The position numbers and the translations under genes are program-made. From Mayamaea pseudoterrestris (lineage: Eukaryota): 64,000 bases of DNA. Where the stretch lies: NCBI GenBank assembly GCA_027923505.1, contig BROI01000012.1, positions 620,001 through 684,000 of the forward strand. Reading direction: 5' to 3'. Under the pieces are notes generated by a model. The model did not search any database, was not told the DNA's origin, and saw nothing but the letters and a program-made list of their open reading frames with translations. Positions 53,192 through 64,000 of the stretch are shown here, one piece after another (positions within the stretch are counted from its first letter, which is position 1; each line of letters begins with the position of its first letter).

Positions 53192-54783
53192 TCATACGCA
53201 CACTTTGTTCGCGCATTTGCGTGAGCCGCAACAGTCATTAGAAACGGTGCATCGGCGCAGCCTTTTGCGGCATCGGGAGCACCGGCTAGATCCACTGGCG
53301 CGTTTGATACATTTGAGCGCGTTACAGCAGTCTTGAGTAGCGGAGCATTTGCTTGCTACTGGAGAGCAAGTTTTTCCGCCGACAGCAAGGATTGTTAAAG
53401 GTACATCCTTGCCGCAATATGAGCGTCCGAAGCCGATACTGATCACCATCGCATCAACATCTAAATCAGCGTTATACACGCGCCGACAGACTGTGACGAT
53501 CATTTGGCGGCCAGACCCTTGGTAGTTGTTGTCAACAAAGCGTCCACCAACGCCTAAACCTGCTACGCTATTGCTGTACAATGAGCCGTCTTGGGTTATG
53601 GTAACAAGATCAGCTTTTGCCTGAGTGTGCAAGTTGAAACCTTTCGCGCGATTGTATTGAATGGCATAGTTCCCCACCGTGATCAAGACAGGACTGTTGG
53701 TTGCCTTGCGATAGTCTGCGAAGGAAGTGAGTTTAACCTTCACACCACCTTCGAATGGATTAACGTCTATCTTGCGATTTTTGTACCAGCCGAGCTGATT
53801 ATTTTTGATGCCATTGAAGCACATCAGAGGCCAATCGGTCGACGTATAAGAAAATCCCTGCGTGAGAGCCTAGTGTGAGAGCTTGCTATCGGTTGTTGCT
53901 TACTATGAATGTAACCACGTACCATGAACCCTGTAGCGTCACCGTATGATTGAGAACCAAGTCCTGAATGCAGCAGACCAAGTGAATGGCCCATTTCGTG
54001 CATGAGTGCAGACAGCGATGTGCACCAAGTATCCTTCATATTCAAACGCCACCCGTTCACTACCGCCACTGAGGTCCATTCCAAATTGTCAGGAGGCTGG
54101 CAAAAGATGACCTTGTCCGCAAGGTCGGTCATCGAATCTGCATTTAGAATATCCAAGACCTTTGCTTCGGATGCAGCTGCGAGGTCCGCGGGCGACGTAT
54201 AATATGAACGCTGACGGGGGAGCGTGATTTCCATCGCTCGCGCTTCGCGAAACTGGAGCTTGCCAAAGGAGCATGCTTTGTACTGTGACGCCATGCTAGT
54301 TCCTGTCCCAAGAATGTGTGTTCTGAGGTCATTTAAACTCGCGGAAGGTGCGTATCCATCGCTGCTCGATACTCGGACAATCATCACCGACAACGTTCCG
54401 GTCGTCGTCAAGGTGGTAGCGACCGCATTTGATGGTTGATACTCGGCAATTGTAAATGTGGAATTGGTAGCCAAATCAAGCTCATACTCTCCATAAAGTG
54501 ACGCATGTTCGGCGTGAACATACAAGGTGCCATTCAGTAATCGACGTTCAGCGGACGCATCCATCATGTCTTGAGGCAGTTCGATTGGCACAATGGCGTC
54601 GCTCTCGGTGCCATCATCCATAACGGGGATGCAGAGCGTTTCCATCGATGCTGCGGCTGTGACGACGCGACAGAAAAGCTTTTTGTTGGTTGCATGCGAG
54701 GAAGCCGTATCTTTGCTTGTCTCATGGCCGCTCACCACCAGAAGAAGCATTGCACCCAGGATCAAAAGTGGAAATCGCGTCAT
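53192..54783 (-). CDS. M11 gametolysin-like metalloprotease (copy B); exons 54783-53923 and 53857-53192
   Basis: Near-identical to copy A (LLC/LFC, KLR/KLQ). Confidence 0.88.
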
Positions 54784-55052
54784 TGTACTCGTAGTACCTT
54801 TATTGAAACATAATGGGCGGATGAGCCTATTTGTGCAGCGTGGATATAGCCCATGGCTTTCGCCGCGATGGCTTCACGCTGATTATCCACGCTGCGAGCT
54901 GGTCTCGTTATAACGCAGCGGAAGGTGCGCTGTATGTACGAGTTCAAGCAACCAAAGTCGAATAATACGTACGGAAGAGGTGCTTTTGCATGCCACAAAG
55001 ATAGCTAAAAATGTCAATAATCATATCAGTGGCATACTATTATTGAAACGAT

Positions 55053-56197
55053 CTATTCGACAATGCTCCACAATACTTCCTCGCCAGCTCGCAGAGGCGT
55101 CACCGTCTGCTCGTTTCCAAACTGCATTGACTTTGGAACAGTCCAGCTTTTCTTCTCTAGCACTAGTGTGTCTGTCGACCGCGAAAGGCCATAATGATCC
55201 GCTCCAAACGAGCTGCAAAAGTCTTCCAGCTTGTCCAAGGCACCGAATCGATCAAAGGCTTCTGCATACAATTCCACAGCGGCATGAGCCGAAAATACGC
55301 CGGCGCATCCACAGGCCGACTCTTTACGCGTCGTGGCGTGCGGCGCCGAGTCGGTGCCAAGAAAGAATTTCGGACTGCCTACAGTGGCAGCCTCGAGGAG
55401 CGCCTGTCGATGGACTTCGGCTTTTAGAATGGGAAGGCAGTACAAGTGAGGACGAATGCCACCCACAAGCATGTCTGCGTGTCACAAGATGTATGAGTAA
55501 ATGAAATGTCAAATGTGCGTGCTCTTGCCTTATAAATGATGCACTTACGATTTCTGTTGTATAGCAAGTGATGACATGTAATGCTCGCCTTGACAGTGTC
55601 AGGAGCGCTCTTGACATACTCAACCGCCTCCTTTGTGGAAATATGCTCCATTGTAATCTTGAGCGTTGGGAAATCATTGACGAGTGGCTTCATGACTCGC
55701 TCAATAAAGATTGGTTCACGCTCAAAAATGTCTGCGTCCGTGACTTCGGAGTGAATGCAAAGCATCATGTTTTGACGATTGAGCTCCTTGAGCGCGTGAT
55801 AGCAGTTGCGAATATCCGTCACGCCAAAGTCACTGTTAGTCGTTGCGCCTGCTGGATAGTACTTGCAGCCGACGATGCCTGCTTGAGCTGCTTTGGTGAT
55901 TTCGTCTGCCGTTGTTTTATCCGTCAAGTATAGCGTCATGAGCGGCTCCATGGCGCTGCCGTCTGGCAACGAGTCAAGAATATGCTGCTTGTATTCAAGT
56001 GCCTGCTTTGTAGTAGTCACTGGAGGAACCAAATTGGGCATGATCAAGCATCGTCCAAACCGCTTGCATGCGTGTTGGAGAATCAGCTTGGTTTGCAATC
56101 CGTCGCGAGCATGGTGGTGAAGGTCATCCGGCAGGCGAATCGTGACGCGAGTTCCTGGAGGAGAAACACCAACTGGAGTCTCATTTTGTAAAGACAT
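55053..56197 (-). CDS. pyrC: Dihydroorotase (copy B); exons 56197-55549 and 55474-55053
   Basis: Same motifs as copy A. Exon 1 carries several substitutions (e.g. DDLHHH). Confidence 0.95.
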
Positions 56198-56468
56198 GTC
56201 AATATTGTAGAGGTATAGAGATCTTAAATTAACAAACGGTAGTCATGGAGAGATCAGTCGACCAAGGCAATGCAGTATGACGGCGGCAAAGATCTTCATG
56301 GTTTTGTCACGCGAAGAAGCATTCAGTACCGGTGCGATGATTGATGATTGGTGCCGCTGCAACATCAATCGTGAAGATCTTTGTCGTCACAGCGTCACAG
56401 CGACGATGCTCTCTCTATATTATATCTTTGCAACGAGCGTAGCATTCACTTAATGACGAAATGCAACA

Positions 56469-57911
56469 ATGGATGGATTTGACTGGATGAAGGAATGTAG
56501 CGACGGCGATGACCAAGGCAATGACGCTGACGAGTCGTCCTCGTCCTCGTCCTCGTCCAGCAATAGCTCTTCCTCGCATCCTCATCGGCCGTCCCTTTCA
56601 CAATGCACTCGCGAGGACGATTCTGATATATTCTTGGTAGCTCCAGCAGTCATTCCCGAACAACCGGAAATTAGTTCAGATGAAGTCCTTCGACGAATTG
56701 AAGACTTTACTGCAAGCTTTATTGATCAACTAGACGACGACTCGCAATTGTCTTTTCCAATGCTGCAAAGCTACAATGATCCGGCTGCTGCGACAACTGA
56801 CAACGACCACGACATGCCTGCCATGAAACAAATCAACAAACGCTTCACTGCCCTCCACCAGTCACGATCCTATACGAGCATTTGGTTGGTCCTTTCCTTT
56901 TGTCACTCCTTGCTGCGCTCCAATCGCACCGCCACCAACCGCGAAGTGTACTACCACTATGTCACTCACTTTCGCAAGCAGCGCGAGTGCGATGCGGCTA
57001 TTTTGGATGTTGCCTTGTTACTGCAGGTTCCGCGCATGGCGCTTGGTCTAAAGGCGTCTCCCAAGGGATGGTACTGTGGTTGCGTGTTGCTTATCAGTGA
57101 CAATGTTCATGGCAGCAACGATGGTAGCGACAAAGAAAACGTCGGTGAAAGAAAAGAAGAAAACATTCTTTGCGACGGCCGCAAGCTATCCAGTCCCAAT
57201 GGCTTTCCCGTTACATCCGAGTGGCTTATGGGTAGGCATCGGCGCAACTTTACCATTCGCTCCACGAACGACTGCATTTGCATTCTCGTCATTGAAAAGG
57301 AGGGTGTCTACAATCGTCTAGCGGATGATCGCTTCTTTGACAATTATCCATGCGTCTTGGTCTGTGGCAAGGGCTTTCCCGACTTGGCGACGCGAGCATG
57401 CGTCTACACGCTCTCCAATGAACTGGACTTGCCAGTATGGGGCGTCGCGGATTGTGATCCTTATGGAATACTGGTCTTACATTGCTACATGTATGGCAAC
57501 AATGCGCAGCTGGGCGTTGATGGAGGGTCTCGGTATGGAGTTCCCATTCAATGGGTTGGATTACGACCGTCGCAAGTTCCGCACATTGCCAAAGACAAGA
57601 ACGAGCTTCCAAGTCAATGTCTCATGGAATTGACTGACAAGGATCGCAAGATAGTGGAGTCTATATTGGCACGAGAGGATCATCGTTGGACAAACTTTGG
57701 CGACAACGATCGACGCGTTGCTGAATTGGAAACCATGCTGGAAGATGGGTATAAGGTGGAGCTCGAGGCATTCAACTGGATTGGCATGGACTACTTTTCC
57801 AAGTGGCTCGGCAAGATTTTTGAGCACTATTTACGAGTAAATAAGCCAAATTCTGATGCAGGAGACTCTGAAATTGATGACGAACAACTTGGATGGATGG
57901 AGATTATCTAA
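56469..57911 (+). CDS. SPO11: SPO11 / TopoVI-A (copy B, diverged, intact)
   Basis: All catalytic motifs are retained. In-frame indels in the N-terminal Ser/Asp-rich region. Confidence 0.92.
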   Translation: MDGFDWMKECSDGDDQGNDADESSSSSSSSSNSSSSHPHRPSLSQCTREDDSDIFLVAPAVIPEQPEISSDEVLRRIEDFTASFIDQLDDDSQLSFPMLQSYNDPAAATTDNDHDMPAMKQINKRFTALHQSRSYTSIWLVLSFCHSLLRSNRTATNREVYYHYVTHFRKQRECDAAILDVALLLQVPRMALGLKASPKGWYCGCVLLISDNVHGSNDGSDKENVGERKEENILCDGRKLSSPNGFPVTSEWLMGRHRRNFTIRSTNDCICILVIEKEGVYNRLADDRFFDNYPCVLVCGKGFPDLATRACVYTLSNELDLPVWGVADCDPYGILVLHCYMYGNNAQLGVDGGSRYGVPIQWVGLRPSQVPHIAKDKNELPSQCLMELTDKDRKIVESILAREDHRWTNFGDNDRRVAELETMLEDGYKVELEAFNWIGMDYFSKWLGKIFEHYLRVNKPNSDAGDSEIDDEQLGWMEII

Positions 57912-58001
57912 TGTTGCTTTTTGTTCTTGTTTGTATCGACATGTCATTCCTGCATAAACATAAGGACATACTTTATGATTGAGCATTGTTTTACATTACT
58001 G

Positions 58002-60589
58002 GCAAACGTACTGTACCCATTAGTCAGCCACAAGTCAACCTGCAAACTAATGGTACCACTTAGTCCGCCCGCAAACATACTGTACCAATTAGTCAGCCGC
58101 AAGCCAACCTGCAAACTAATGGTACCACTTAGTCCGCCCGCAAACGTACTGTACCAATTAGTCAGCCGCAAGCCAACCTGCAAACTAATGGTACCACTTA
58201 GTCCGCCCGCAAACGTACTGTACCAATTAGTCAGCTGCAAGCCAACCTGCAAACTAATGGTACCACTTAGTCCACCCGCAAACGTACTGTACCCATTAGT
58301 CAGCCGCAAGCCAACCTGCAAACTAATGGTACCACTTAGTCCGCCCGCAAACGTACTGTACCCATTAGTCAGCCGCAAGCCAACCTGCAAACTAATGGTA
58401 CCACTTAGTCTGCCCGCAAACGTACTGTACCAATTAGTCAGCTGCAAGCCAACCTGCAAACTAATGGTACCACTTAGTCCACCCGCAAACATACTGTACC
58501 AATTAGTCAGCCGCAAGCCAACCTGCAAACTAATGGTACCACTTAGTCCACCCGCAAACGTACTGTACCAATTAGTCAGCCGCAAGCCAACCTGCAAACT
58601 AATGGTACCACTTAGTCCGCCCGCAAACGTACTGTACCAATGAGTCAGCTGCAAGCCAACCTGCAAACTAATGGTACCACTTAGTCCACCCGCAAATGTA
58701 CTGTACCCATTAGTCAGCCGCAAGCCAACCTGCAAACTAATGGTACCACTTAGTCCGCCCGCAAACGTACTGTACCCATTAGTCAGCCGCAAGCCAACCT
58801 GCAAACTAATGGTACCACTTAGTCCGCCTGCAAACGCACTGTACCCATTAGTCAGCCGCAAGCCAACCTGCAATGGTACCACTTAGTCCGCCCGCAAACG
58901 TACTGTACCCATTAGTCAGCCGCAAGCCAACCTGCAAACTAATGGTACCACTTAGTCCGCCCGCAAACGTACTGTACCCATTAGTCAGCCGCAAGCCAAC
59001 CTGCAAACTAATGGTACCACTTAGTCCACCCGCAAACATACTGTACCCATTAGTCAGCCGCAAGCCAACCTGCAAACTAATGGTACCACTTAGTCCGCCC
59101 GCAAACGTACTGTACCCATTAGTCAGCCGCAAGCAAACCAGCAAACTAATGGTACCACTTAGTCTGCCCGCAAACGAACTGTACCAACTAGTCAGCCGCA
59201 AGCCAATCTGCAAACTAATGGTACCACTTAGTCCACCCGCAAACGTACTGTACCCATTAATCAGCTGCAAGCCAACCTGCAAACTAATGGTACCACTTAG
59301 TCCGCCCGCAAACGTACTGTACCCATTAGTCAGCCACAAAGTCAACCTGCAAACTAATGGTACCACTTAGTCCACCCGCAAACATACAGTCAGCCGCAAG
59401 CAAACCAGCAAACTAATGGTACCACATGCGTACTGTACCGTCAGCGGCAAGCCAACCTGCAAACTAATGGTACCAAAAGTTCGCCCGCAACGTACTATAC
59501 CCATTAGTCAGCCGCATACCATAGTGCGCAAAGCTGTCCATTAGTCAGCCGCAAGCCAACCTGCAAACTAATGGTACCACTTAGTCCGCCCGCAAACATA
59601 CTGTACCCATTAGTCAGCCGCAAGCCAACCTGCAAACTAACGGTACCACTTAGTCTGCCCGCAAACATACTGTACCAATGAGTCAGCCGCAAGCCAACCT
59701 GCAAACTAATGGTACCACTTAGTCCGCCCGCAAACATAGTGTACCCATTAGTCAGCCACAAGTCAACCTGCAAACTAATGGTACCACTTAGTCCGCCCGC
59801 AAACGTACTGTACCAATGAGTCAGCTGCAAGCCAACCTGCAAACTAATGGTACCACTTAGTCCACCCGCAAACATACAGTCAGCCGCAAGCAAACCAGCA
59901 AACTAATGGTACCACTTAGTCTGCCCGCAAACGTACTGTACCCATTAGTCAGCGGCAAGCCAACCTGCAAACTAATGGTACCAATAAGTCTGCCCGCAAA
60001 CGTACTATACCCATTAGTCAGCCGCAAGCCAATCGCAAACTAATGGTACCACTTAGTCCACCCGCAAACGTGCTGTACCCATTAGTCAGCCGCAAGCCAG
60101 CCTGCAAACTAATGGTACCACTTAGTCCGCCCGCAAACGTACAGTCAGCTGCAAGCCAACCTGCAAACTAATGGTACCACTTAGTCCGCCCGCAAACGTA
60201 CAGTCAGCCGCAAGCCAACCTGCAAACTAATGGTACCACTTAGTCCGCCCGCAAACGTACAGTCAGCCGCAAGCCAACCTGCAAACTAATGGTACCACTT
60301 AGTCCGCCCGCAAACGTACTGTACCAATTAGTCAGCCGCAAGCCAACCTGCAAACTAATGGTACCACTTAGTCCGCCCGCAAACATACTGTACCAAGCCG
60401 CAAGCCAACCTGCAAACTAATGGTACCACTTAGTCCGCCCGCAAATGTACAGTCAGCCGCAAGCCAACCTGCAAACTAATGGTACCACTTAGTCCGCCCG
60501 CAAACGTACTGTACCAATTAGTCAGCCGCAAGCCAACCTGCAAACTAATGGTACCACTTAGTCTGCCCACAAACGTACTGTACCAATTA
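58002..60589. repeat. 69-bp satellite array, ~37 units (copy B)
   Basis: Same unit as 39267-41568, with a run of shorter ~58-bp deletion variants near 60120-60270. Confidence 0.97.
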
Positions 60590-60604
60590 CTCTTCCATTT
60601 AAAC

Positions 60605-60822
60605 AAAGATGTGCACACCACTCTGGCTTGATTTGGGCATACACATGGCTCAAGGTATAGGCATTTAAAATACATGGCAGCTGCTGGCTGAGACTGGTGA
60701 CAAGTTACCACCAATCACATTGCAGCCCACTGAGACACCAGCCAGTCAACTTACTTGTAGCGCATCATGTTAGCACCCTTCCGGCTTGATTAGGGCATAC
60801 CCATGGCTCGAGGTATGGGTAG
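60605..60822. repeat. Diverged ~1.3 units of the ~170-bp repeat family seen at 1-430
   Basis: Shared blocks cacc..tctgg...atttgggca, ggctgaga.tggtgacaagtt..caccaa, cattgc, ctgagacaccagcca, cttgtagcgca. Confidence 0.85.
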
Positions 60823-61020
60823 ACAAAATCAGTACCGGTGAGATGATTTTAAAGATCTATACGCACTTACTAGGCTACAGTAACTCATATTAGTTCGGAT
60901 ATCCGACTGATGAGGAGAGCCATCAAAAAGCGACCATGGCACTTTTCTTGACAAAGCGCAGCTCCTTCACCGATCGATTGGGCTCTCGCATCCGTAACGA
61001 GGCAATCTTTCTCACTCAGA

Positions 61021-63399
61021 TTGAGCATGCGGACAGGCGGGCAGCAGCAAAATCTTGTCTTCATGATAATGCTGACGAGTTTCTTGCGAACAAGTAGTAG
61101 CGCCTTTTCAAGGCGTTCGTTGATATTACGTCGACCCTCTTCGACGACTTGTGCTACTCGAACAACAATGTACCAGCGAAGGACATTTGCATCTCGTGCA
61201 ATTAACAATAATCAGGAGTGGGATGTCATTGTCGTTGGCGGAGGACACGCCGGATGCGAGGCGGCCGCCGCAGCTGCTCGCATGGGCGCCAAGACTGCAC
61301 TGGTGACGCAGCGATTAGACACTGTCGGCGAATTGTCGTGCAATCCAAGCATAGGAGGAATTGGCAAAGGACATCTAGTGAGGGAAGTGGATGCGCTGGA
61401 TGGATTGATCGGAAAGATTGCGGATGAAGCTGGAATTCATTACAGAATGTTGAATCGACGCAAAGGACTTGCCGTTCGTGGTCCTCGCGCGCAAATGGAT
61501 CGTGACTTATACAAGAAAGCCATGCAGAATTGTCTACGAGATTATCCAAACTTGTCTTTGGTAGAAGCAAGCGTCCAAGACTTGCTGTTGGACGAGAGTA
61601 GTAGCGGAACTGTCATGGAAAGTATGGCGCCAATGGCAAATCCAAGCATGCTTGGAAGCACTAGTCGAACTGACGTTTCCGAACAGCAACAGCGCATGAT
61701 GGAGTCGGCGGCAACAATGAAGCGTCATGCAAGGATTCGCGGCGTCAAGGTGGAACTCTCTGATGGCGCAACGCAGGAATTAGTTTCGCGAGCGGTGGTG
61801 ATTACGACTGGTACCTTTTTACGAGGCGTCTTGCTCATGGGCAAGGACAGATACGCCGGCGGCCGGCATTTGCGCGACTCAGAGCAGGTTGAACCTCCGT
61901 CAGTCGGATTGGCAAAGACACTGGAGCGATTCGACTTTCCACTCGGTCGGCTCAAGACTGGAACGCCCCCGCGCATTGATGGAACGACAATTGATTGGGA
62001 TATACTGCAGATTCAGCCGTCGGAAAATCCAGCGCAACCATTTTCGCATGTTTTGCAGTTTAATGAGGAACAGCCGCCGAATATTGCAGCTGGCAGAGTC
62101 ATTGATTGTTACCAGACGGCAACTAACGAGGAGACGCACAAGCTTGTCATGGAGTTTGAACATACTTTGCCAGAGTACGATGGCATGGAAGGCAAAGGAA
62201 ACGGTCCGCGATATTGTCCGTCTCTCTATAAAAAGGTACAACGCTTTTCGGAGCGCAATAGTCACAATTGCTTTCTCGAGCCAGAAGGCTTGAGTACAGA
62301 CATTGTATATCCGAACGGCATGAGCGGCCCATTTCCACCAGAGATTCAGCTAAAAATCATGCGCAGCATGAAGGGTCTCGGCGCCGTCGAAATTGTTCGG
62401 CCTGGATACGACGTGGAGTACGATTTTGTCAATCCACAATCACTCACACATACACTGGAAACGAAACGAATCGGCGGCTTGTATCTGGCAGGTCAAATCT
62501 GCGGCACGACTGGTTATGAGGAAGCTGCGGCCCAGGGAATTATTGCCGGAGCAAATGCTGGCCAATCAGCAGTAGCTGCCTCTTCGGGCGACACAGCTCC
62601 TTTACCTTTTGTAATTGGGCGTGATGAAGGTTACATTGGGGTGCTTATTGACGATTTAGTGACGCGGGGTACATTAGAACCTTATCGAATGTTCACTTCT
62701 CGAGCAGAATATCGCATCAGCTTACGAGCAGACAATGCCGACTTGCGATTGACGCGCAAGGGGGCCGAGTGTGGTCTTGTAGTCGATGACGAAAGGATAT
62801 CTGCCGTGGATGCTCGCGAGCTCATGATTGATGATCGAATCAGGCGTCTGCAAGCATTTGACTTGAAGGTGGTTGACTGGGCTGCACGTGGCGGCAATAG
62901 TCTAATGGGAGGGCAGCAGATCAACCGCAAAAAGGGTCAGAAGAAGACTGCGGAAGAGGTCCTCATAATGCCTCATGTTTCATTAAAAGACGTTGAAGAT
63001 ATTATGGTCGAGCATCTCTCACCTGATGACTTGTTGGAAGGTGGGCATGCAGATAGTCGGACGCCGCTCGCTGTTTTCGACACAGTTGAAGCGTCCATCA
63101 AATACAAGTCATACGTGAGACGACAATATAAAGATATGGAGAGCTGGCGGCGAGCGCAAGGACTTCGCATTCCTCCTGATGTTGTGTACGACCGGATAAA
63201 TTTGCCAACGCTAAGTATTGAGGAGCTTGAAAAGCTTCGAGATGCAAGACCAGCTACTTTTGCAGAGGCATCTCAAATCAGCGGCGTAACCCCACAAAGT
63301 CTTGTGTATTTGTACCACCATGTGAATCGTCGGAACCGACAACGAGACGGTCGGGCAAAATCATACGTTGCAAAGAAACGCGACATCGCAGCAGTATAG
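61021..63399 (+). CDS. mnmG: tRNA uridine 5-carboxymethylaminomethyl modification enzyme MnmG/GidA/MTO1 (likely ATG 61027 or 61063)
   Basis: DVIVVGGGHAGCEAA, SCNPSIGGIGKGHL, TTGTFL, RLKTGTPPR, GPRYCPS, AGQICGTTGYEEAAAQG, EPYRMFTSRAEYR. Confidence 0.97.
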   Translation: MSMRTGGQQQNLVFMIMLTSFLRTSSSAFSRRSLILRRPSSTTCATRTTMYQRRTFASRAINNNQEWDVIVVGGGHAGCEAAAAAARMGAKTALVTQRLDTVGELSCNPSIGGIGKGHLVREVDALDGLIGKIADEAGIHYRMLNRRKGLAVRGPRAQMDRDLYKKAMQNCLRDYPNLSLVEASVQDLLLDESSSGTVMESMAPMANPSMLGSTSRTDVSEQQQRMMESAATMKRHARIRGVKVELSDGATQELVSRAVVITTGTFLRGVLLMGKDRYAGGRHLRDSEQVEPPSVGLAKTLERFDFPLGRLKTGTPPRIDGTTIDWDILQIQPSENPAQPFSHVLQFNEEQPPNIAAGRVIDCYQTATNEETHKLVMEFEHTLPEYDGMEGKGNGPRYCPSLYKKVQRFSERNSHNCFLEPEGLSTDIVYPNGMSGPFPPEIQLKIMRSMKGLGAVEIVRPGYDVEYDFVNPQSLTHTLETKRIGGLYLAGQICGTTGYEEAAAQGIIAGANAGQSAVAASSGDTAPLPFVIGRDEGYIGVLIDDLVTRGTLEPYRMFTSRAEYRISLRADNADLRLTRKGAECGLVVDDERISAVDARELMIDDRIRRLQAFDLKVVDWAARGGNSLMGGQQINRKKGQKKTAEEVLIMPHVSLKDVEDIMVEHLSPDDLLEGGHADSRTPLAVFDTVEASIKYKSYVRRQYKDMESWRRAQGLRIPPDVVYDRINLPTLSIEELEKLRDARPATFAEASQISGVTPQSLVYLYHHVNRRNRQRDGRAKSYVAKKRDIAAV

Positions 63400-63494
63400 C
63401 ATCCTAACAGTAACGGCATAAAGTATGTCAAGTTTAATCAACTTTCTATTTTGTAAATGATGCTTTTTCTGATTCAACAAGCCATCTTTAATAC

Positions 63495-63953
63495 TTAAAT
63501 ACCCGTCTCGACGGCAAGAAGCACAAGTTTGTCCCTTTTCAAGTTCTCGGGTGCGTAGATGCCCCTGATCTGGAGAAGTCGGCGAATCGAGGAACTGTCC
63601 ATTGACTTCAGCGTCGCGCTGTACTTTTCGCAAGTCTTGTAAACTAGTTCAAACTTGCTCATGTGGCTGAGTGCCTTGTAGTTAAAACCTTCCAACAAAA
63701 CCTTTTCAAGGTCTTCCTTTGTCAGCATCTCATAGTTGCGCGTATCAAACGGCAAAGGCTTGCCATTCCCACCTCGGCCTCGGCGGCCTTGACGCTGCAA
63801 AGTAGATTGCCAACGAACCATGAGCGTGTTCAAATCCCCGCGGCAAACACTCGCCACTCCAACGTTGCCACCACGGCATGCCTGGTACGCCTTGTACACG
63901 AGAATGGCGGCAATGACAGAAAATGCTCCATATGCATGGCTGCTTTGTGCCAT
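63495..63953 (-). CDS. Hypothetical protein with N-terminal hydrophobic anchor (152 aa)
   Basis: ORF converging on mnmG, with a TM-like AFSVIAAILVY segment. Confidence 0.55.
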   Translation of the reverse strand: MAQSSHAYGAFSVIAAILVYKAYQACRGGNVGVASVCRGDLNTLMVRWQSTLQRQGRRGRGGNGKPLPFDTRNYEMLTKEDLEKVLLEGFNYKALSHMSKFELVYKTCEKYSATLKSMDSSSIRRLLQIRGIYAPENLKRDKLVLLAVETGI

Positions 63954-64000
63954 GCTCGTTCGTCCTTCTAGCAGAGAGACAGCTCCACTTCTGCTAAAGT

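Larger units (their letters stand above)
48192..60589. repeat. Segmental duplication, copy B (~12.4 kb)
   Basis: Collinear with 29482-41568. Confidence 0.95.

Overview
Eukaryotic nuclear DNA, very likely from a pennate diatom. This is inferred from compact genes with short GT-AG introns, DUF6824 and HSF family members, an AdoMetDC-aminopropyltransferase fusion, a KxxK/RXL silaffin-type protein and a CoDi-like copia element. Bases 1-29 kb are mostly single-copy genes: HAT1, a COQ11-like SDR, DUF6824, a sulfotransferase-like gene, a secreted Gly/Ser/Lys-rich biosilica candidate, an ACC-synthase-like aminotransferase, NAA50, an NFACT-R protein, HSF and coiled-coil/hypothetical genes, plus an unannotated M50-protease relic. 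Bases 29.5-60.6 kb are a ~12 kb direct duplication (AdoMetDC/SpdS fusion, 42-bp TGACGT minisatellite, vWA-Zn-alpha-pseudokinase, M11 metalloprotease, dihydroorotase, SPO11, 69-bp satellite). The two copies are separated by a ~6.6 kb Ty1/copia LTR retrotransposon that carries a chromodomain-like module after the integrase and has clipped outer LTR ends. Part of this duplication could be an assembly artefact. The window ends with MnmG/GidA and a small hypothetical gene. Three tandem-repeat families are present (~170, 42 and 69 bp). All calls are from motif recognition by eye; no searches were run.
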